Shown here: positions 23,401-29,613 of the stretch, piece by piece
Layout: the number at the start of each line of letters is the position of its first letter
How positions within the stretch are numbered: the first letter of the stretch is position 1
Source of the DNA: Chiloscyllium plagiosum
Taxonomy: Eukaryota
NCBI RefSeq assembly: GCF_004010195.1
Contig: NC_057719.1
Location: 86,535,286 to 86,564,898, forward strand
DNA: 29,613 nt
Reading direction: 5' to 3'
Made by a program: the position numbers and the translations under genes
Notes under the pieces: model-generated
Databases searched by the model: none
Seen by the model: only the letters and a program-made list of their open reading frames with translations
What the model was told of the DNA's origin: nothing

Positions 23401-24540
23401 TGTGAAGTAAATAGTCTCAGCCTCAGTGCTGTTTCTCACTGGGGTCCCTGACCTATGGTTCCTTCAATGAGGGTTGTTCCTAGATTCTTGCTATCACTTG
23501 CCTCTATTTCAATGTTATCTTCATCTTGGTATCTGCCTTTGTCATTTGCCCCCTGAATGGACCAGTGATCAACACTCCAATAAGTATTGACTTCTAGTAT
23601 ACTCACCAACTCTACATTCCACTGAGGTCCAACAAGCATCTATCAGCTATAAGTTTCAGCTGGTGTCTTAACATTGTAGCTTTCTTGCCATGTTTCTGAT
23701 CAAGCACAAACAAAGGAATGCTCTGCAGACTTGGTTTGTAATTACTAACCTCTCATTTTCTGTAGCTTGATGTATTGCAGTGTTCAATAGAGTCCAAAAT
23801 CCACAAAAGAGCAGTTGCACAAATGAGGGATCTATTCCTTCAGATTTAGAAGATTAAAGGGCAAGTTAATCAGCAAACCATGTTATTAAAGGGAATGGAT
23901 GGGTAAATAAAGAGAAACTAGTAACATTGGATGAGAAAATTAGGACAAGGAGCCTTTGCATAAATATTAGAGCCAGGCCTTTGGGAAGTGAACGTTTTAA
24001 CATGTAAAAGACGGTAAAAGTTTCAAATTAACTTTAATAAACAGCTAAAGGTGCTATATCAGTTGTTAGTTTTAAATCTGAGGTAGAGTTTTGTGGACCA
24101 AAGGAAATAAGGGGCATGAAGTAAAGGCAGATGCATGATAGTAGATCATAGACAATGTCCTACAGTGGCAGACTGACTCAAACAGCTTCATGGTCTATTC
24201 CTATATTTACATTTCACACTGTGCAGAACACAGGCAAATAGGCCTGTTACAAGGACCCCAAAACTAGCTAGAGAGACGAGCACATTAAAAGCTCAATGTT
24301 TTATTTCACCACCTATTTTCATTATTTCATTTTATATCTTCCTAGTATTGAATTCACTCAGCAATGTTCCGTCCTGATATAGTAAGGAATCTTTGGTAGT
24401 TGTGAGTGAATATTGCTGTAAGATAATTCAGTCTTGGATCTTTCACTATATGATCCTTCATTTATAATATCAATGTGTTCCTTTTACCCTTTTATAGCAA
24501 AGATCCTCCTGTCGAAATCCTCACTAATGGCGTGCTTGTG
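6245..24540 (+). CDS. PLA2G4F-like: Partial multi-exon gene: cytosolic phospholipase A2, group IV B/D/E/F type (zeta-like), C2 domain region; join(6245..6381,11826..11948,13951..13991,24498..24540)
   Basis: Four AG/GT-bounded exons join in compatible phases (1-0, 0-0, 0-2, 2-0) to give xRAADCYVSLHLPTASAVDYRTKTIPNTNNPEWNETFTYRLQSMVK|HVLELSLYDANVKGTKHLSTVAIDIGKIEHGSDLKTTVDLK|DDEQLEVEFHLAKS|KDPPVEILTNGVLV. This matches the recalled PLA2G4B/D/E/F pattern ADCYV.L.LPTAS...P.WNETF...VK.VLEL.LYD...L.VEF.L..S...E..TNGVLV. The paralogue cannot be fixed from this fragment. Confidence 0.92.
6590..7140. repeat. Diverged ~35-bp tandem repeat (minisatellite), left part
   Basis: Recurring units such as agagcccatgttgggttacactgggaaaggtttac, agagcccatgttgggtaacattgggagaagtatgc and aagaccatattgcgtcaaagtgggaagggtatac. 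Confidence 0.8.
8115..8378 (-). mobile_element. HE1-type V-SINE, 5'-truncated
   Basis: (GATTA)n tail at left and reverse-complement V-domain; stops in the B-box region (ggaatcgaaccc). Confidence 0.92.
8379..8528. repeat. (CT)n-rich microsatellite
   Basis: Long imperfect ct runs, which explain the SLSLS/ERERE ORFs. Confidence 0.92.
9655..10050. repeat. Diverged ~35-bp minisatellite, right part, interrupted by a Penelope hairpin
   Basis: Units such as tgttacatgaggaagggtgggaagagcccatattgta and actcatatattttgtcacatt resemble those at 6590-7140. Confidence 0.55.
9698..9919. mobile_element. Penelope-derived inverted-repeat (hairpin) insertion with two degenerate hammerhead cores
   Basis: About 90-bp inverted arms (9738-9919) around ggaattc near 9828; perfect TSD AGAGCCCATATTGTA at 9683-9697 and 9920-9934. 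Confidence 0.88.
10719..10895. mobile_element. Penelope-derived hairpin insertion
   Basis: About 55-bp inverted arms (10786-10903) centred near 10845; TSD GCCTGACCAAT(A/G)TCCTA at 10702-10718 and 10896-10912. Confidence 0.85.
11411..11528. mobile_element. Second-family Penelope-type terminal element with internal deletion (one arm lost)
   Basis: gttaaaaatcacacaacaccaggttatagtccaacagg... and ccccagtccaac...ccttcacatc match the two ends of 26681-26870; it interrupts the CR1 RT with an imperfect ATCTTC duplication. Confidence 0.75.
11826..11948 (+). CDS. PLA2G4F-like: cPLA2 C2-domain exon (123 nt with the in-frame donor; 3' boundary uncertain)
   Basis: Acceptor ttgttttatttag|CAT; encodes HVLELSLYDANVKGTKHLSTVAIDIGKIEHGSDLKTTVDLK. 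The nearest in-frame GT is AAG|gtgaag at 11949. Confidence 0.85.
12330..12895 (-). mobile_element. CR1-clade LINE 3' fragment
   Basis: MEAVQRMIPDVEGLSYEQRL...KGDLIERYQFLKGFD...FSLVGESKT plus a typical 3'UTR (aggatcatggctgatc). Confidence 0.85.
13508..13823 (-). mobile_element. HE1-type V-SINE, full length, young
   Basis: The - strand reads gggcggcacggtggcacagtggttagcactgc (A box), ggttcaattccc (B box), V-domain and (TAATC)n tail; candidate TSD AAAGT at 13503-13507 and 13824-13828. Confidence 0.95.
13951..13991 (+). CDS. PLA2G4F-like: cPLA2 exon (41 nt, phase 0 to 2), end of C2 domain
   Basis: Acceptor ctgttccttttag|GAT, donor TC|gtgagt; encodes DDEQLEVEFHLAK(S). Confidence 0.92.
14430..16090 (+). 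mobile_element. Very old CR1-clade ORF2 remnants
   Basis: Degenerate motifs gacaaatattttgca, acaacctagggttctaaa, aaggacatttaaataagttaccacac and aagaagcagagagtaggaataaatggg. Confidence 0.65.
15265..15640 (-). mobile_element. CR1 3'-end fragment nested in the older CR1
   Basis: Minus-strand LKVIGNSKGEMRKTLSFSER..LPETATETSSTQVFKRKL and tail-like ttacagcataggagaaagctatttagccc. Confidence 0.7.
16677..16710. repeat. Perfect 17-bp tandem duplication
   Basis: CTGGGAGAGAGGTTCCC at 16677-16693 and 16694-16710. Confidence 0.95.
16727..17945 (-). mobile_element. Rex1/Babar-clade LINE fragment lacking the RT core
   Basis: Minus strand reads LLLLLTYKQKLKREEPIQKVVQC...VDWSIFKNSVANLNEY..TVTDFIS...DDCVPKKLIRTFPNWKP, jumps near 17650 to APVCIYGAEV...INFLGVT, and ends in tacacatgacagtaataaatcaaatca. 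Confidence 0.82.
17168..17441 (-). mobile_element. HE1-type V-SINE, 5'-truncated, nested in the Rex1 fragment
   Basis: V-domain and B box; TSD CTGTGGTG at 17160-17167 and 17442-17449. Confidence 0.93.
18458..19415. mobile_element. Solo LTR (958 bp) inserted in the integrase C-terminus
   Basis: Terminal inverted repeat TATTACAAAG (probably decayed TGTTACAAAG) at 18458-18467 and CTTTGTAACA at 19406-19415; 4-bp TSD GTAT at 18454-18457 and 19416-19419; integrase motifs on both flanks. Confidence 0.8.
20523..20811 (+). mobile_element. HE1-type V-SINE, 5'-intact, tail missing
   Basis: A box tggctcagtggtt, B box ggttcaattcca and V-domain; abuts the Penelope 3' end at 20812. Confidence 0.93.
20812..21636 (-). 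mobile_element. Penelope-like element 3' part (linker, Zn knuckle, start of GIY-YIG region, 3' end with hammerhead-like core), spanning the gap
   Basis: Minus strand VLTYHPTN..IHRII...FRHLQTDPTTRDIFPSPP, then after a frameshift KDHSLHDSLVRS...PGTFPCNRKKCKTC...QGPKGSFHIRQKFTCTSTHII; core ctgaagaagggctcatgcctgaaacatc at 20874-20901. Confidence 0.9.
20977..21318. other. Assembly gap (342 N)
   Basis: Run of n characters. Confidence 1.
21640..21814 (-). mobile_element. HE1-type V-SINE 5' half (tRNA head plus V-domain) joined to the Penelope fragment
   Basis: The - strand reads gggtggcacagtggctcagtggtt...ggttcaattcca, V-domain to gtgcaggtcaggt, then Penelope coding sequence. Confidence 0.92.
22955..23300 (+). 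mobile_element. Non-coding retro-insertion with a Rex1-type 3' tail
   Basis: GC-rich body, T-rich spacer, then tacacatgacagataaatgaaatcaa, which resembles the Rex1 tail at 16727-16760 (tacacatgacagtaataaatcaaatca on the - strand). Confidence 0.55.
23800..24205 (+). mobile_element. Old CR1 3'-end fragment
   Basis: tttagaagattaaaggg...gggtaaataaagagaaact...taggacaagg...aaatattagagccaggcct...atggtctattcctat. Confidence 0.65.
24498..24540 (+). CDS. PLA2G4F-like: cPLA2 exon (43 nt, phase 2 to 0), C2-to-catalytic-domain linker
   Basis: Acceptor cttttacccttttatag|C, donor GTG|gtgagt; encodes (S)KDPPVEILTNGVLV. Confidence 0.93.
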
Positions 24541-24996
24541 GTGAGTTATGCGTTTATTTTAAGTTACTTGATTTAGTTAAAGTCAGCACATATCTGTTCA
24601 TTGATTACAAATGGCGTTGTTCCTTATGAAAGAACAGGAGTTAGAAACTGTACTAAATACCTGAGGTACACTCATTTACTTCCTTTTACCTCCATTTTCT
24701 TCAGATGTATTTGCATCACACACCAAATCACAGTACTTCAGGAATCCATTGTGATTGTTTCCCCTTTCTTGAGCTCACTCGTACTAAAAGTAGTTCATGA
24801 GAAATTGGAATGGGCTGAAACCTGGTACCTTTTTTCTTTTTAACTAATGCTGTATTCTTCTGTTGCCCCTTCCAAAATGAGCAACTTCACATTTTCCCAC
24901 ATTATACTCTTTTAACCAACATTTCACCTACTTGTTTGAGCTATGAGTATCCCATTGTACACTGTTTGTATCCCCCTTGCAACCTGTCTTTTTACT

Positions 24997-25083
24997 TAGT
25001 TTTGTATTGTCTGCGAATTTAGCTACAGCACATCCAGCACTCCAGGTGCTAGTTTGTATTGTCTGCGAATTTAGCTAAAGCAC
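24997..25083. repeat. ~35-bp near-tandem direct duplication within the CR1 RT
   Basis: tagtt(t)tgtattgtctgcgaatttagcta(c/a)agcac at 24997-25031 and 25050-25083. Confidence 0.9.
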
Positions 25084-25751
25084 TCCACGCCTTTAATATG
25101 TATTGTAAACAGTTGTGCCAGCACTGATGCCAACTTGAAAAAGAACCCTTATTCCCACTCACTGCTTCCTTCTCATTAACCAATTTTATATCTCTACTAA
25201 TAGCGCTTACCTTTAGCACAGAGAACTCTTGTATCTTAACAAGGTACTTCTCAAAAGGTTAAATGCCATCTGGAGATCCAAATGCAACACATCTGGTTCC
25301 CTTCTACCCACTCTGCTTGAGACTTGCTTGAAAATCTCTCTCTCACATTACTGAGACACAATTTCACTTTCACGAAACCATGCTGATTGTGCTTGATTAG
25401 ATTACTGATTTCCAAATGTTCTGCTATTTTATTCCCTTAATTGATTTTAGTACTTTTCCAACAATAGATGTTAAGCTATATTATTCACAGTTTTCCTCCT
25501 CTTGTATAGGGGTGTTATTGTTAGCAGTCTTCCAATCCTCTGGTACTTTGTCAGAATCCAATGACTTTTGGAAATTTACAACCAATGCACCCACTATCTC
25601 TGTAACTACCTCTTTTAGGATCTCAATATGCAAGCCATCATATCTGCCTTTTAGCCCCACTAGTTCGTCTAATACTACTTCTCTAGGGATATTGATGGTA
25701 TGTACTTCCTCCCCTGTTTTCTTCAGTATTAATGGGGTGTTTGAAGTACCA

Positions 25752-26099
25752 CAGAATAGAATAGAATCCCTACATTGTGGAAAGAGGCCATTTGGCCCAA
25801 CAAGTCCACACTGACTCTCTGAAAAGAGTATCCCACCCATTCCCCTACCCAATTACTCTACATTTCCTGTAACTAGTCCACCCAGCCTACACATCCCTGA
25901 ACACTATGAGCAACTTAGCATGGCCAATTCACCTAACCTATACATCTTTAGATTGTGGGAGGAAACCAGAGAATCCGGAGGAAAGCCACGCAGACACAGG
26001 AGAATGTGCAAATTTCACACAGTCACCTGAAGCTGGAATCGAACTTGGGTCCCTGGCACTGTAAGGCAGCAGTGCTAACCACTGAGCCACCAAGCCGCC
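25752..26099 (-). mobile_element. HE1-type V-SINE, full length, older subfamily with an (AGAAT)n tail as read on the + strand
   Basis: agaatagaatagaatccctac...V-domain...ggaatcgaactt...gctaaccactgagccacc. Confidence 0.9.
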
Positions 26100-26680
26100 A
26101 TCCACTGTAAGGACTGATGTCAAATATCTGCTAAACTCCTCTGCTATTTCCTTAATCCTCATAACTGTCTCCCCAGATTCATTTTCTAAGAGGCCTGTGT
26201 TCATTCCGATCTTTCTCTTCCCTTATTTTTATTTTTAAATAAGTTTTTATTGTCAGTTTATATATTCCGTGTTAGTTTGCTCTCATTGTATATTTCTGAC
26301 TGTATTATCCTTTTAGTCCTCCTTTGCTGGATTATGAGTTTATCCCAGACTTCAGAGCTATCACTGACTTCTGCCTCGTTTATATGCTTTTGCTTTCAAT
26401 TTAATACTCTCCTTAACTTCCTTAGTTAGCCATGACTGGCTTATCTGTCTGTCAGAATCTTTCCTCCTCACTGGGAAAAAATATTGCTGAGAGTCATGAA
26501 TCACCTCCTTAAATGTCTCCCTCATTCCTCTTAACCAATCTGCCCATTTCGCTTTGGCCTTGAACTTTATTTCTGTACAGTTGTTTCCAACCCAAGTTTC
26601 TCACTCTTGAACTGAATATTAATTTACATTGTATTATCACTATTTCCTAAGGGATATTTTACTTTGAGGTTATTTATTAA

Positions 26681-26870
26681 GTTAAAAATCACAAGACACA
26701 GCGTTATAGTCCAACAGGTTTATTTGAAACCATAACCTTTCCAACTCCTGCTCTTCTTCAGGCAACTTCCAAAAGCTTGTGGTTTCAAATAAACCTATTG
26801 GACTATAACCCAGCGTCGTGTGATTTTTGACTTTGTCAACCCCAATTCAATTCTGGCACCTCCACATCAT
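26681..26870. mobile_element. Second-family Penelope-type hairpin insertion
   Basis: Inverted arms gttaaaaatcac...gttatagtccaacaggtttatttgaaacca and tggtttcaaataaacctattggactataac...gtgatttttgac; TSD GGTTATTT(A/T)TTAA at 26668-26680 and 26871-26883. Confidence 0.82.
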
Positions 26871-27503
26871 GGTTATTTTTTAAAGTTCCTTCATTACCCA
26901 TTACTATATCCAAGATAACCTGCTCCCTGGTTTTTCCATTACATATTGCTCTAGAAAACTATCCCTTATGCACTGTGAACTTGTTGTTGTCGCCACTCTT
27001 TCAAATTTGATTAACCCAGTGAACATGAAGATTAAAGCCATCCATAATTATTGCTGTTTTGTTTTGACATGCTCCTATTATTTGTTGAATTGTAGCCTTT
27101 CTGACAGAGTGGTTACTGTTGGGGGTCTGTTTACTATTCCAACCAATATTTTCTTGCCTTTACTGCTTTCTATCTCTGCCCAAATGGACACTAACATCAT
27201 CTGAATCTAGATCATTTCTCATAGTTGTCCTTGTTTCATCTCTTATTTATAGCGCTACCCTACTACCCTACCAACTTTTCCATTCTTCCTGACTGTCCAA
27301 AACCTCAAATATCCCTCAATGTTGAGCTCCCAGTTTTGATCTCCTTGTAACCATGCTTCCATAATGGTCATGAGATCATATTCATTTACTTTGATATGTG
27401 TCATCATTTCATCTATCTTTATTCTGAATGCTTTTTGAATTAAGATACAAAGCTTTTTAAGTTTGTTCAATTATTAAATTTTCCTACACTTCTATTGTTC
27501 TTT

Positions 27504-27921
27504 GGGACTGGAGGATTTCAGTTATAGGGAGAGACTAGATAGGCTGGGACTTTTTTCCCTGAAGCATTGAAAATTGAGGTTTATAAAATCATGAGGTGAA
27601 TAGCCAAGGACTTTTGCCTAGAGTAGAGGAGTCCAAAACTAGGTAGCATGGGTTTAAGGTGAGAGGGGAAAGATTTAAAAGGGACCTAAGGTGCAACATT
27701 TTCACACAGAAGTCGGTGTGTATATGAAATGAACTGCCAGAGGAAGTGGTAGAGGCGGTTACAATTGCAACACTTAAAAGACATTTGGACAGATACATGA
27801 ATAGAAAGGATTTAGAGGACTATAGGTCAAATGTAGGCAAATGGAACTGGTTTCGTTTGGGAAACCAGTCGGCATGGATGAGGGGACCAAAGGGTCTGTT
27901 TCTGTGCTGTGTGACTGTATA
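27504..27921 (+). mobile_element. CR1 3'-end fragment nested in the - strand CR1
   Basis: agttatagggagagactagataggctgggac...tttaaggtgagaggggaaagattta...tgaaatgaactgccagaggaagtgg...aagggtctgtttctgtgctgt. Confidence 0.88.
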
Positions 27922-28516
27922 AATTTGTAACATAACATTCAGATATTCTGACCCTTCCTTTTATTTTCTGATATCAATCAGCCCCGTCACTAACCTATAT
28001 TCCTACCTTCTCCTCTACCTTTCATTTTATAATTTCCCATGGAACTGAATCCACTACCCCACTATTTAGTTTAACGCCCTGGCTACACCCCTATTTTTTT
28101 GATTCACCAGGACTGTGGTCCCAGCATGATTCAGGTGGACCCTTTCGGAACAGCTCCCTCCTTCCTCAAAACTGTCTCATGAATTCAAACACATTTCTTC
28201 CACTCCAATCTTTGAACGACATGTTTACTTCTTTAATCTTGTTGACCCTGTGTCAATTTGCTGGTGGTCAGGTAGTTAATCTAAGGAGTGTGATTGCCTC
28301 CTGAAACACAGCATCCAGGTAACTCACCCCCCATCCTGTTATGTTGCAGTGTTCACAGCTCAGACTCCAGATCATCAACTCTGAGGTGGAATTCCTCAAG
28401 CAATGCTTGCCACAGGTGTGGTCACTGTGAACCACAATGGGGTTCACCAGCTCATACATCATGCTGGTACAACATATTGCTTGGCCTGACATCTCTATTT
28501 TATTTGCATATATTTT

Positions 28517-28822
28517 GGGCGGCACCGTGGTTCAGTGGTTATCACTGCTGCCTCACAGCACCAGGGTCCCAGGTTTGATTCCAGCCTCGGGCGACTGTCT
28601 GTACGGAGTTTGCACATTCTCCCCGTTTCTGCGTGGGTTTCCTCCGGTTGCTCCGGTTACCTCCCACAGTCCAAAGATGTGCAGGTCAGGTGAAGTGGCC
28701 ATGCTAAATTGCCCGTAGTGTTAGGTGCATTAGTCAGAAGGAAATGGGACTGGGTGGGTTTCTCTTTGGAGGGTCGGTGTGGATTTGGTGGGCCGAATCA
28801 CTGTAGGGAATCTAATCTAATC
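28517..28822 (+). mobile_element. HE1-type V-SINE, full length
   Basis: gggcggcaccgtggttcagtggtt (A box), ggtttgattcca (B box), V-domain and (TAATC)n tail. Confidence 0.93.
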
Positions 28823-29283
28823 ATAGTTCTTAAGTTTTTTAAAACATTTCCTATTGGTCTCTCAGTTTTTAATCTTTAAATTGTTTCCCATATTTATCTT
28901 TGATCTGAAACTAATTAGCAATCATTATCAAACTAAGAACTTGCAGTTTTCCTGTGATGACATTTTGTTTTTATACTGGGCCCCTGATTCTGGGTTTCAA
29001 TTTATCCTGTATTAAAATAAAACCTTATAAATAGAAAAGCAAAAACTTCTCTTTTCCCTATGCACTGAATTTCCACATTGTTCCAAAATCCCCAAATATG
29101 CACTCATTCAGGCTGTGCTTTGCTCCAGATGCAATCGTTCCTTACTGACCATGTGTAGAATATATGCAACACTGGTTCACCTTTATTTGCTTCCACGTGT
29201 GATTCAGATGACCAGTCACTGATGAAAATGACAGTGATTCCTGACATTATTAGGAGCAAAAAGGCAAGCATGCAGTGAAATTA

Positions 29284-29423
29284 CATAGTTATAGAGATAT
29301 ACAGCAAGAAACAGACCCTTCCATCTGACTCATCCATGCCGACCAGATATCCCAACCCAATCTAGTCCCACCTGCCAGCACCTGGCCCGTATCCCTCCAA
29401 ATCCTTCCTATTCATATATCCAG
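29284..29423 (-). mobile_element. CR1 extreme 3' end
   Basis: catagttatagagatatacagc..aaacagaccctt...gaccagatatcc...tagtcccacctgccagc is homologous to 10164-10300. Confidence 0.85.
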
Positions 29424-29613
29424 ACCTGGAAATGTGTTGCTGGAAAAACGCAGCAGGTCAGGCAGCATCCAAGGAACAGGAGAATCGACGTTTCGGGCAT
29501 AAGCCCTTCTTCAGGAATGAGGAAAGTGTGTCCAGCAGGCTAAGATAAAAGGTAGGGAGGAGAGACTTGGGGGAGGGGCGTTGGAAATGCGATAGGTGGA
29601 AGGAGGTCAAGGT
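29424..29613 (-). mobile_element. Penelope-like element 3' end, running off the window
   Basis: Closely similar to 20812-20976, with CpGs better preserved. Confidence 0.9.
29482..29518 (-). ncRNA. Minimal type-I hammerhead ribozyme motif of a Penelope terminal repeat
   Basis: Minus-strand RNA uuc-CUGAAGA-A-GGGC-UUAU-GCCC-GAAAC-GUC-gauu has both catalytic boxes, a 4-bp stem II, a palindromic ACGU in place of stem III and a GUC triplet; stem I is weak. Activity is not shown. Confidence 0.7.

Larger units (their letters stand above)
24845..29245 (-). mobile_element. CR1-clade LINE, 5'-intact (5'UTR, ORF1, endonuclease, RT) and 3'-truncated; same family as 2395-5700; four nested inserts
   Basis: ORF1 start MSGQAICCTSMMYELVNPIVVHSDHTC (ATG at 28492), endonuclease YDLMTIMEAWLQGDQNWELNIEGY, and DGLHIEILKEVVTEIVGALVVNFQKSLDSDKVPEDWKTAN. 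Confidence 0.88.

Noticed and set aside
24583..24625. ITNGVV peptide about 70 bp after the ILTNGVLV exon, suggesting a duplicated exon
   Set aside because: Similarity is limited to about 12 nt, the nearest AG is out of phase and there is no donor. Most likely chance.
29100..29222. Candidate next cPLA2 exon (cag|GCTGTGCTTTGC...)
   Set aside because: It lies in the CR1 5'UTR homologous to 2400-2560, and the translation does not resemble cPLA2.

Overview
Vertebrate genomic DNA, not prokaryotic, and almost certainly from a shark: it carries HE1-type V-SINEs with (TAATC)n tails, CR1 LINEs and Penelope-like elements. The window lies inside a + strand cytosolic phospholipase A2 gene of the PLA2G4B/D/E/F group. 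Four internal coding exons (6245-6381, 11826-11948, 13951-13991, 24498-24540) splice in frame to give most of the C2 domain plus the 'ILTNGVLV' linker; no start, stop or other exons could be placed. Most of the rest is nested mobile DNA: many CR1 fragments, including two 5'-intact copies of one family in opposite orientation, eight HE1 SINEs, a Rex1/Babar fragment, a 958-bp solo LTR with a 4-bp TSD, a split ~35-bp minisatellite and a 342-N gap. Three things stand out. First, a decayed pro-pol region with foamy-virus/lokiretrovirus-like motifs (about 18390-22950, - strand). Second, short TSD-flanked hairpin insertions built from Penelope 3' ends with minimal hammerhead ribozyme cores, whose intact CUGANGA boxes all lie antisense to the host gene. 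Third, an anomalous donor on the second exon. Most ORF-track entries are spurious repeat translations. All family assignments come from recalled motifs, not from searches, and repeat boundaries are approximate unless a TSD is quoted.
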